64,000 bases of DNA from the NCBI RefSeq assembly GCF_001447785.1, contig NW_015165238.1:1567129-1631128 (forward strand), given 5' to 3'. Of the stretch, positions 38,916 through 50,666 are shown in pieces. The translations under genes were made by a program, and so were the position numbers. The DNA is from Gekko japonicus. Lineage: Eukaryota. The stretch's first letter is position 1. Every line of letters starts with the position of its first letter. The notes under the pieces are model-generated. The model was given only the letters and a program-made list of their open reading frames with translations, had not been told where the DNA came from and searched no databases.

Positions 38916-40739
38916 CTAGTTTAAATCTGCATAGCTGTGATCATGCAGTAGTGCTGGAAAAGTCTTCTAAAGTAGTATTTGGTTTTGTAAAGATGACCAC
39001 TGCCTTTCCAGCGTGTTTGTCTGTGGGTGTCTGTCTCTCTCAGTGTAATCAGGTCTGTGCCAAGTGATCATAATAAATATAAGTCTAACAGTGTTTACTA
39101 GAACAAAGTTTGAGTCCTTTAACCTTTAAGACCAACAAAGTTTGTGGGATTTCAATACCACTTTAATCTGAAAAGAAAAATTAGAACATCTGTCTTGTTT
39201 AGATAAATTTTGATCTCTTCCTTTGCATCAAAGACTACAATAGAAATCAGCAAATCTTTGAGAGATCTTAAAGTGCAATTAAATGACCTTTATTTTCACC
39301 ATAAACAAATAAAACTGAATTTGTATACAGTTTATGCTTCAGCCTGTTTGCCAAAAGTCTGCTAACTTTATTATCATCTTCATATAAATAATAAATCTGG
39401 TTTGAATATGCCAATACTTTTGGTGATTTGTTGTGTTTTAGTAGTTGGTGTTTTCTTTTGAGCTGTAAGAAGTTGATAAATGCTGAATGTATCCCGGATG
39501 CTTTATGAATTTGTTCATATCCCTAATATTACCTCCAAAGTTCTTGTTCTCTGATTTAAGATGAGGCACCTTACTTTGTGCATTATGCCTGTAAGGACAG
39601 CTGTAACAGTATCATAGCTGCTAAGTGTTGAGGTGTTAGGCCATATGTTACTCAGTGAATTCTGAAATGGCTTGCCTGATTTGTTCTACGTATTCTCTGT
39701 TGTGTAGTATCAGCCTGTTAAGCATCTAATCTTGATTGAATGATCCATCCTGTCTTGGAGCAAACAATATTTTTTTACTCAAGTAGCCTGACCAGCCTGT
39801 AAGCCCAGGTTCAGCCCTATGGAACACTGGGCAATATGTGCAAAGGAAAATACATAATCACTTCTACTACAAGGAAGGAAGTATATTGTTTACCCAAGCT
39901 ATTATGCCTCCTGCATGTGTCAAGCAGCCTAGTCATTTGAAGAAAAGTCATTTAACAGAAAAATGTTTCTTGTACTAAACCATATTGTTCAGGGGTTTAA
40001 TCAGTTTGATCAACTGTTTACTATATTAAAATACCTCTTAGCAATTAACTATCCTTTTGAGAGAGATTTAATTACTCTGTATAGTTCCTCCAGGAAGGAG
40101 CCTTGACTAATATGAGGGGCATAAATGGAATCAAATGTCACTTCTTCTTGACCTAAAAATCCTCTGACGAAGATAAACATCTCTTGTAAAGAAAAATGTT
40201 TGACAAGCACAATGCCCAGTCCATTGGATTTTGAGGTACTGTGAGCTAGGAACTATTGTCCACATCTTATTACAAGCAGACTGTCACACTTGGCTTTGTG
40301 ATGAGTTTACTGCAAGAAAGTGATTCTGGGGCTGAATTTAGCATCTGTATCTTTTTGTTTAATGTACAGATTTCAACCCTATTGTTGCACTCTGTGACCT
40401 TTTGTGGACCCATTGATTGATATATGTTGCAAAATAGTTTCAGTGATCTTGCAAGACAATCACTTCTATCCCTCCATTACTCACCTCAGTCTACCCCTAA
40501 TGAAAATAACGGTCAAACATAATGACAGTAAGCAAGATTCTGTCCCCCCGTCCCCCAGGAAAGGAAATGCCATGATGCAGCTTATTTATATATGTGTTGG
40601 AGGTATGAAGGAGGCAAACTCTATTAAACTTCCTGCAGAACAGTACGGAATAACTAACCCGGTGGTTCAACTGAGATGAATGCCAAACTATGTATGAATT
40701 TCTAAACTGAGAAGGCAGTAGTCATCTCCCCCCCCCAAA

Positions 40740-41720
40740 AAAAAAATATGGCTACATAAACTTTCACAACAAACCTTGCTGATCAGAAGACATTATGTAG
40801 CTTTTCATCAACATTTTTACAGATCATTGTAAGGAAGCAGTCATTTTGTAAGCTATTAGCTGTCAACTCATCTTTCTTGCTTTGCAGTAGCTTCTCAGTT
40901 AACTGGTCTAAATGCAAAGTAGTATTCCATCTGTTTAACTTCTGCTTCTCTACAAGGTTTGAGAACTTGCTCTTCATTCTTGCTCTGCTTCAGGTTTCTT
41001 CTGCCATTTGTGTTTTGATCTAGACAGAACCAGTGTTCACCGAGGTAGCTGTTTTTAAGTGGCAGGTGACCTTCTTCACCATTTAAGCTTAAAACAAGTA
41101 ACAGAACACCAGGCTTGCTTAGCAGCTGCCATACCTCCTCTACACTGGTAGCACCTTTTATGAAATTCCTTTTATATACAAACAGTTTGAAGGAAAGACT
41201 CAATTTGGCTGTTCTGCAGGACGTGATTTACCAGCTTCATTTCTGTCATTGCCTTCTTCTGTGCAGTACTAATCAGGGTTAGCTAAGGTGTCACTGCCAT
41301 TGTATATGATACATCCTCCACCAGTGTCATCTTTGTTGCGGTTACTCAGTAGCTACTATTCAAGGATTCCTCCATCCCTATCACTATTGGAACCGTCCGT
41401 TTACTTCTGCTGATGTGGCTGTAGATTCCTGAAGGGGATGGATGCGGCTTAGTCTGGTGTCTCAGCTGTGACCACTCTTCCTTGAGTGACTCTGCTAGGA
41501 GTTTGCCTCTTGATGGAGTGTAAACTTCTTATTGTCACAGATTCTCTGACACATGCAAACCCCGTTACCACATTAAAGTATGTGTTCAAGAGGGGGCAAG
41601 GTTGTCTAGTGTACATAAATATTCTGATTCCTGGTTTTAATATTTTAGTACTATATTCCATTTCTTTTTGCATGGTACTTCTATCACATAAAACAAGCAA
41701 TTTTTCAGTCTGTTATGTTG
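40740..41720 (-). mobile_element. Ancient decayed coding remnant, probably an RTE-clade LINE (endonuclease to linker)
   Basis: Fragments GIRIF...LLNTYF, ATSVEEVWQLL and ICKNVDEKL occur in the order expected for an RTE ORF. Many stops and frameshifts. Confidence 0.4.
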
Positions 41721-41766
41721 AAGCAAATTGATGCTACAAGTGTTAAAACCATTTATTATTACTATA

Positions 41767-42286
41767 NNNNNNNNNNNNNNNNNNNNNNNNNNNNNNNNNN
41801 NNNNNNNNNNNNNNNNNNNNNNNNNNNNNNNNNNNNNNNNNNNNNNNNNNNNNNNNNNNNNNNNNNNNNNNNNNNNNNNNNNNNNNNNNNNNNNNNNNNN
41901 NNNNNNNNNNNNNNNNNNNNNNNNNNNNNNNNNNNNNNNNNNNNNNNNNNNNNNNNNNNNNNNNNNNNNNNNNNNNNNNNNNNNNNNNNNNNNNNNNNNN
42001 NNNNNNNNNNNNNNNNNNNNNNNNNNNNNNNNNNNNNNNNNNNNNNNNNNNNNNNNNNNNNNNNNNNNNNNNNNNNNNNNNNNNNNNNNNNNNNNNNNNN
42101 NNNNNNNNNNNNNNNNNNNNNNNNNNNNNNNNNNNNNNNNNNNNNNNNNNNNNNNNNNNNNNNNNNNNNNNNNNNNNNNNNNNNNNNNNNNNNNNNNNNN
42201 NNNNNNNNNNNNNNNNNNNNNNNNNNNNNNNNNNNNNNNNNNNNNNNNNNNNNNNNNNNNNNNNNNNNNNNNNNNNNNNNNNNNNN
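41767..42286. other. Assembly gap (largest of five; others at 131-307, 431-556, 12095-12206, 21812-21872)
   Basis: Runs of N. Confidence 1.
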
Positions 42287-42289
42287 GTG

Positions 42290-42325
42290 AATATATATAA
42301 TATATATACTATATCTATCTCTATC

Positions 42326-42363
<38 letters not shown>

Positions 42364-42386
42364 ATCTATCTATCTATCTATCTATA
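42290..42386. repeat. (AT)n/(ATCT)n microsatellite flanking an N gap
   Basis: Seen directly. Confidence 0.95.
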
Positions 42387-43241
42387 GTGAAAATGAGTCT
42401 AATTTTCATTTAGACTTTTGTACACTTGCAGGTAGTTTGGCCTAGATTTTTTTATATACTTCAGCTTATGTTAAGGTGTGATTATCTAGAAATGCTTTGC
42501 TTATTGACTATAAAATAGTAATTTGACACATTTTACTCTCTGTATAGTTCAGGGGTAGCGAATTCCTGGCATGTGTGCTGTGCTGACAGTGACACATCAG
42601 ACTGTTTTGCTTGGTACCCAGGTTTAGATCTCTGCACAAGCAGTTGAGGCAGTGGCAGCACTATTGTGGCCAGCAATATGGGAGAAGGCAATTGGCATAG
42701 GTTGTGCCTGTCATTGTCTCCCATACCTGTGCAGCCACCAGCTCGGTTCAAGGCGTATCCCTGAGATTCTGCCAGTACCTCTGGGGCTTAGCTTGCTCTG
42801 AGAGTATCTGCCCATGTACAACCCCAGTTCCCCTTCTTGTGTTTGTTCTCTGGCACACTAGCATAATGGGTAGAATGTGCATTTTTTGGCATTGGGCTGT
42901 TCCAGCTGTTCTTAAGTGAGAAAATTTATAGAACTAATCCTTCCACATGTTAATTTTTTAAACTAGAAAGTTAATTACATGTAAAACAGATGAGCATTTC
43001 TCAATATACACGTGATATAAAATTATGCTTTTGAATATACAATGCCATCTTTACAAATGGTGGTAGTATTGAAAGGCGTTTGATCCCTGTTTTTCCTCAG
43101 TATTTTTTTAGGCTATGTGTTTTGGTTAGTTTTTAGATAAATTCGTAAATTTTTATTTTGAGTCACATGGCAATTGTCAGGTCTAGTTTAGATGGCTGTT
43201 ATCTATAGTCATTTACATAAGTATATATTTTCTCTTTTTAG

Positions 43242-43337
43242 AAAAAGAGCAAACGGGCATCTAATAGGTCTTTTGATCAAAGTTTAAGTGATTCTTCCTC
43301 TCACTCTCAGGATAAGCACCATGAGAAGGAGAAAAAA
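43242..43337 (+). CDS. MLLT10: MLLT10 coding exon (about exon 8)
   Basis: 96 bp, ttttag|...|gtaagt. Translates KKSKRASNRSFDQSLSDSSSHSQDKHHEKEKK. Confidence 0.95.
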
Positions 43338-46039
43338 GTAAGTGGATATGTTACATAACACATCTGCTTTATAGTATTAGCACCTTCAAAATGTTGCATC
43401 ATAAATTATTAAATGTATTGGAATGTTTGGTTTCTGAATTGTGGACAAAAGCTATATTAACATTGTATGCATGTTGATTTGGACGTAACAAGATGTAGTA
43501 GAGAAATCCCCCCCCCCTTTATTTCATTTTGCCAGTCTCCTTGTTTTGGCATATGAAAAAATGGGATTTAATTAGTGATTAAAGTAGGGTTTCTTGCATG
43601 CAATTGATCTAATTATACTTCCTGTTAAAAAAACCCACCACTGTGAACTTGTTTTTCATTTGGTTATATTAGTAGTATTCTAGTTCCTAAATATCACTCT
43701 TATTCTTACATCTTACACTTTGTTACAATCTTTCATGTACCCATTTCACTTCATTGTTGAAGAAAGCCAGCTAGAGGTTGCTTGCTGGCTGATCTTTTGG
43801 TAGTACTCAAACTTGTTTGTACTGTAATTACAGGGTGCCATGTCATTCATATGGAAATCTGTAATCTTTCAATAAACTGTGAAAAAATCACTAAACCTAA
43901 ATGCATCCCTGTTGACTTATTCTTCTTATACTTTGATTTTAGATAGTTTAGGGAAGAAGTTTGATTCAGTGTTGGTAAGTGAATACTTGCAAATTTTTGG
44001 CTCAAAATACCAAATTTACAATTGCTTAAAGTTGTTTGTTTTCCACTGTGTAGAACTAAAACAGCAAATCTGCATAAATAACTGGAGCCTCCAGGGAAGA
44101 AAAACAAACGTTGTATGGATGCTCTAAATCTGTGTTGAACACCATTTTCCTTTTGTGACATAACTGTTTTCTTGAGGAATGGATTTGGCTTTTCTTATTA
44201 ACGTACATTGACTTGGAAGAGCCATTGGGGCATGTGCATCAAGCTTTTCTGGCTCACCTACTTATGCCTCCCTCCCTAAGGCATCCTTCAGGTGTAGGGG
44301 GCTGTGGAATGGCATAAGAATCTGTTGTCTGAAGGGGAAAGCAGATGATCTTTCTCTGTCCATGTGTGAAGTGCTTTAGGTGTGTAGAAAGGGGCTCTCT
44401 GGATCCCAGCCATGGAAATACTGAAAATACAAAAAGGGCACTCATATAGTTATATCTTGAAATTGCAGTTGTGGACGAGCCAGACAAAAGCTAATTAAAT
44501 AGTCTTTTCCCACAGAAGCTGTTTTAGTCTTGGTAGGACATTTCCATTTTGGCAGATGTATTTTTGTTCACTTACATATGAAGAAGTTTTTATCCTGAAT
44601 GTATAGTTGTTCTTTCCTCCGTGACCCTGGTTTTTCTGAGTAGCTATTACATGAGCAAGTTCTTAGACATGTGCCACTGCAAGGCATTGATAAAGGTACT
44701 AGGAAAAAAGGTGACCTTTTGAACTATTCAGAGAGCTACCACAAGATGTTTTGGATGTTTAGTGGTGTTTTTTTAGTCAATTACTAAGGTTAGTATAGAA
44801 TTAAGAATATTGTTGAGGGCTAACCTGTAAATTCTGTGCAGTGTTAAGCTAATTACATCTTGAAAGTATAAACCAATTAATAATACCCTTCTGAATAATA
44901 ATAGTAAAGACATCTGTTTATGTCGTTCTATTCCGATGTATCAAAATCTATTGATTTTTTTAAGTTTTGAAACTATTATTTTTTAGTCATGAAGGAAGTT
45001 GTTTATTTTATTATCCAGTAACAAATATCCTAACTAGATGGGTTTGAGGAAAAGGCCCTTTGTGGCGTGTCCAGTAGGGATTTCAGTACCCTACCACAGA
45101 TGGTTAAACCACCTTCAGGGCCTGGAAGTTCTTACTGGGCGAAAGGTCTTACTGGCTAATGGCTATTTAGTATATTTTGTGCCTCGTCTGAGATGGTTTC
45201 CTAATCGTTATTTCTGCATTTTTGATACAAGAGATTTTATTGGGGTCATAGGCCTTTGAGGTATGTGTGTTTGCTGTGCTATATGTGTTGGATGGAAAAT
45301 TTGCTCTTTTGCTTCTGAGAATAAAAAAGTAACATTCGAATTATCATTCCATGTGGAGTGGTAAATAAGCCAACTTTATTGAGAAAAATGTTTCCATTTC
45401 AATTTGTTATTTTGTTACAATTATTGATAGTACCTTGTGAGTGAAGTATTTTGTTGGATGGAAACTTGCTCTTGGGAATTTTGAGGTAGAATTGATGTTT
45501 TGGTGTAGAATCAGATGCAACTTTTTGAAAAATTATAGCAACTACAGATCTGATATGAGGGTAGTTTGTTATTCCAAATCATCTTACTTATTCATTCTGA
45601 TATTTATACCATAGCATATTAGTTAATTGACTCAGGTGAGAACCCCTTGCTCTTTGTGCTTAGAGACAGAAACCACAGAAGGTTTTATCTTCTGCATCAT
45701 CAGCATAAATTGCTGGTGGAAGAGAATCTTGCCTGCCTGCCTTCCACTTTCTCCACAGTCCCCTATTAGTGTCAGATGATACTGGAAGTTGGGGCTCCTA
45801 TATGGACAGCAAAGCATTCCCCAGGAGTGGCTGCAGAGAGGATGGAAAAGTAGACTAAGCTGCCCTTCTCTGCCTTTTGTTAGCTAACGGAAGTTCCAGT
45901 ACAGTGTTTTACCCTTCAGATTCTTGGTCTGGTTTACACTATTTTCATGTTCCAGTTGGCAGCATTTAGCTTTTTAATCTTGAGCTTTAAATTTAGAAAG
46001 AGGTGATGTACACTCCTTTTTTGTGTGTGAGTATTGTGT

Positions 46040-46247
46040 GTGTGTGTGCTTATGAGCCTGGAAGGCATAGTGACTTCTGGTGACCCCTAGTGGGGCTAGG
46101 ACATTTCAGAGAGGCTTGATAACCTGCCTCTGCATCCCTGGCCTTGGTATTCCTTGGAGGTCGCCCTTCCAAGTACTTGCCATGGTCAGCCCTGCGTAGC
46201 TTCCAAGATCTGATGAGACTGGGCTAGCCTGGGCTATCCAGGTCAGG
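46040..46247 (-). mobile_element. 5S rRNA-derived SINE (a second head lies at 46523-46590)
   Basis: 5S-like head on the minus strand with a (CA)n tail. Confidence 0.75.
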
Positions 46248-49018
46248 TTAGGCCACCAGTGAATTCATAATACGTGTTCTCAGAAATACTTAAATAGTTA
46301 TTATTTATTTTATGTCCACCCAATAACAATCCTAGCAATGGTACTGTTGTCTCATCCTATAGCTGCCTTATAGCATTTGGAAAACACCCAAGAGCCAGTG
46401 TGTTTTAGTGGTAAGAGTATCAAACTACAATTTGGGAGGCCCATGTTCAAGTCTCCACTCTTGCCAGGGAACCTTGCTGGGTGAGCCAGTTGCACATACT
46501 TAACCAAACCTACCTCACAGAGTTGCCAGGGTCAGCTCTGCTTAGCTTTCTGATGAGATCGGGCTTGCCTGGGCTATCCAGGTCAGGGCACGTACACTAC
46601 TTCTTGAATCCCTTTTGTCTGGTCACTTATTTCTCATTATTTTTCTCAAGCCTAAATTTAGATAAGCCACCTTAACCTTCAAGCAAGAATTCTTCATCTA
46701 CATAACTGCCTGTATTATTAAACTTTCATGTGGTATACTAACGCACATAGTCATTTATTCCTGTCATACATGATAAAAATAAATTTTAAAAGTGGTGACT
46801 TAGATATGAGCTTTTTTTTGCTGTCTTCATTGAAGCAGGTAAAGAGACTATGTACTAACTCTAAAATCCTAATAATTAATAAACAAATTAAGGATTACTG
46901 TAAAATACAGATACATTTAATTTGAATAATTTTTTTTTTTGGTTGCAGCCTGGAAGTTGACAAAGTCTTAACTAAGCTAAATAGCACTCTCTTCTACCTA
47001 AATATAGGCAGTTCAGAAATGAACTTGGTTGAAAACCATGTTATTGCAATCTCAAGGCCTCAAAAATTTCTAATTTTCCAAAATAGCAAAAATATGCTTT
47101 GGATTTTTCCTGAAGACTTGTATATAACAAAAATAATATATAGATCTATTGAATAATCCCGCAGATTGTTTCTTTTCTTGAATTGCTGCAGAAAAAGAAG
47201 CTGCAATGGGAGTCCCCAAAGAGGTGATCATCAGATAGTCTCCTATTGACATACTGATTAGTATAAATTAGTTTCAAGGAGGCCTGAAGAGATGTTTTTC
47301 TAATCCTGTTTGCCTTTTGGGCGCTGTTTCTGTATTTGGAGAGAGATCTGTGGTTGGGATTGCATCCTTTTGTAAATTCTATAATTCGTAAAATATCTTA
47401 TTTATTCCTTGGGAAGGAAGAAGGAACAACACTGGATGAGTTGAATTTGCTTGGTTACTCAATATTTTGTGTTCCTCATTCTTGAATGATTCCACATTGG
47501 GGCAGTTTGTCTGATGGGATGGCTACTCCTTATGGTCAGTAGCCAGTCTTTTATATGGAAGATACCAAACAGGGGGCTTCTCCTCAGTTCCCAGTATTAG
47601 GGTCTTGGCAGAAGTCACGATCAAACTCTTTAGAGAAACTAGTGTTTCATTATGCCATAAGGCAACTTTTTCCTCCCTACCCCCCATTTTAAACACTGCT
47701 GAGTAGAAAGAGGCCTGGCAGCTGCTGGGAAGAATCACCCAGCAATGTCCTGCTCAGTTTCTGTCAGATTCTCCCTTTGCAGAAGGGAGATCACATCTGA
47801 TGTGGGAGCAAGACAGGGAATGACCTTCTAGGCTAGCATTGGCACCCCCTACCCAACTAGAGAGTCTACTGGTTTATGCTGTTTGGAAGAATCTATAGAG
47901 TACCAGGAGCCTTGTGGTGCTGTCTCTCCTTGCAACCACTTTCCTATCCAGTCCGACAAGTCAAAGCATTCACAAAGGTTAGACATTAGGCCTAAAGAAA
48001 TCTATCATCCTCCATGATGGCAGACAAAGACCGAAGAGAGAATGCAGAATATTAAGTAATCAAATTGTTATTGTTAGAAAATTCTAAGCTTCAGGGATCC
48101 AAAGGATTACAAAGGTACAAAGGTCCAGCAGTCCCAAAGTTTGCAAATTCCAAAAATAAAATTAAGATCTTCTGCTGAGGTTAGTAGGAAAAGAAACCCA
48201 AGTCTTCACACTGCAGTTCCACACCGGCCAGAAGTACATTTAACAAAGTAAATAAACAAGCAATAAATAAAACAAGGTAAAATATACTAGATAATATAAT
48301 ATAGAGAATTTTAACAATTCCACAGCCCCGATGCTGCAGTTACCTTAGGGCTTTTGTTTTGTCTAGCTTCCATTCTATAATGCAGCATGGCTCTAATTAA
48401 AGAGCCAAGTACCATTTAACGCACTACTATTTAAATACCCTTTTAAACACTGCTATTTAAATACTATAAGCATGTTAAAAGTCATATGGAAGAATGTCTG
48501 AATGTCCCTATCAAAACTCTATAAACAGAGTCTCTCAAGGTTAGCTTCTCTCAAGGCTAGGTTCTCAAGTTCCCTAATCTCAGACTCTGCAGGAGGAGCT
48601 CAGCCTTATCAACAAGCTGAAGCCTAGTCAGCAAGCCAAGTCAACAAACAACAGACTAAGAGTGGAAACATTAACTCCATATGCTTCTGGCAAAAACAAT
48701 AGATAAAATAAAGTAAACGGAATAAAATAATACAAACAAAAGGTTTTAAAAAGTTTTTAAAGTTTTAAAAATAGAATGGAGCGCAGCTGCAACACTTTCC
48801 TTTGCTTCTAGAATGGAACTGGAAGATGAGAACAACACTTTGGCTCTGCCCCTTTCTAGGGCTTCAGTTTCTGCTTTCCATGCTATGTGATTTCTGATTC
48901 TAAAGAAAGAGTGATGTCCATTCAGAAATATTGCTCTGGCTGTAGTGTGAAATGTGAGTGCTGGTGGCTTCTGAGTTCTCTTAAGTGAACAGAGAATGCC
49001 CCAATGGTTGATTGTAGG

Positions 49019-49432
49019 CAGGGGTCATTTCGTAGAAAAAGAGGTGCAGGAGCTCATTAGCATAACTCATTAACATAACTTATTTGCATATGCCACACCC
49101 CCTGACATCACCGGAAGTGTGTCAGAAGGCAACACCCACTGTTCAGGCTCCAGTGGACTGTTTTGGATTGCTAGCTATTGGGGTGTGTGTGTGGAGGAAC
49201 GTGCAGATCTGTCCTTGCAGAGGAGGGAGAGCTTGTACCTGAATAAACTTGGTCTTAAAGGTGCCATTGGACTGTTTTGGGCAGGGGGGAGCTCTGCAAC
49301 TTACCTGGCTGCTTCTTGCTCTGACTGAGGGCTGCTGGGAGCAGGGGGTGGGGCTTGTTGCATGTGCCCGCCCCCTGGGCTCTTTACTGCCGGAGCTTCG
49401 CTCCTGTGCGCTCCTGCAGGAAATGACTCCTG
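49019..49432. mobile_element. Non-autonomous hAT element (414 bp)
   Basis: TIR CAGGGGTCATTTC...GAAATGACTCCTG. Perfect 8-bp TSD attgtagg at 49011-49018 and 49433-49440. Confidence 0.9.
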
Positions 49433-50429
49433 ATTGTAGGTACTGTATCCAGGCAGGCGGCACTCATAGGCTAGCCTTGGCACCACTTAAAAGCTAGCAC
49501 AAGGTAGTCAAGAAGTACAAGAACAGAAACAGTAGTTGTTTGGAAAAGAGGCCAGGGAGGAGGATCCTGGTCCTATACCAAGGGGACCAACGGTTTCCCC
49601 CGTAGGTGTTCTAACCCATTCAGCTCATACAATCCAGCAACTTGGGGCATGATCTCATTCAGCTAGGATTCCAAGCTTCTACCCCCTCTGTGGATCAAGC
49701 CATTTTGCAGCACACTGAGGGTTGCTCAAAGCTGGAAGAAGGGAAATTGTCAGGCAACGCCTCTATGGAGGGTGCCGAAAGAGCATGGCTTTTACTTTCA
49801 GAGTGTTTTTTCCAAGATTCTGGTCAAAATTGACTGAAGACTGCAGAGAGGGAACTAGTAGAACTGTTTTCCAGGCAAAGCCACTAAGTATCTCTTTCCC
49901 AGAATTACTCTAAAGTGTGGTTAAGGCAGAATGGAAAACTCCAGCACAGGGCAAGATGGCATGTAATATTTATTTATTCATTTATATATTCGATTTCTAC
50001 CCCGCTCCAACCCTGAAGGGTCTCTGAGCGGCTTACAAGTTCCAAATTTATCCCTAGCTAAGGCCACATGTCTACAGGGGTTGGGGCTGCCTACCGGCAC
50101 CCAGGTGGCAGGGCTCGCTGTTTTTCTTAGTTGTTCTTCCCGGGCGGTCTTTCGGGTGTCAGTGCTCGGTTCCTGGTGTGGTCGTCCGGTCCGGCGGCTT
50201 CTTCTTTCTCTTTCGGCGGGCTCGTCTGGTATGTGGGTCGCATCGGCTTACAGCCCAGCTACGTCCGTACGGCTCCGCTGCGCTTGCGTCACGTCACCAC
50301 GTCCTTCTGTAGCTCCGCCTCTGTCTCCACCTTCATCGCTTCGCTTGCCTTCGCTCTGCCGCTCCGACGCTACGCCACTCCATCGCCACCATTTCCACCA
50401 TCACCGCCGCCGCGGAAATTACATCAATC

Positions 50430-50666
50430 TGATACCATATATATTTCTTATATATATATAAGAAATGATTTGGAAAATATTTGAACACCTGGTCTTAAAA
50501 TATTTTATTCATCATGTTAAAATAAAACGTTCCATAATCAATTTCTTTTCTTTTCTTTTCTTTTTTCAATTTTTCCAATTTTTCGGAAAGAAACAAAAAG
50601 GCTTCAGGAAAAAAAACGGGTTTTCTCCGAATTTTTCCGGTTTTTTTCCGGGCCTTCACATCTCTA
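50430..50666. mobile_element. End of a DNA transposon (TAGAGATGTGAAGGCCC terminus); related older copy at about 63320-63571
   Basis: gggccttcacatctctag versus gggccttcatacctctag. Subterminal ttttccgg repeats. Confidence 0.6.

Noticed and set aside
41715-42300. Long ORFs of about 190 aa (and others containing X runs)
   Set aside because: Read-through of N gaps.
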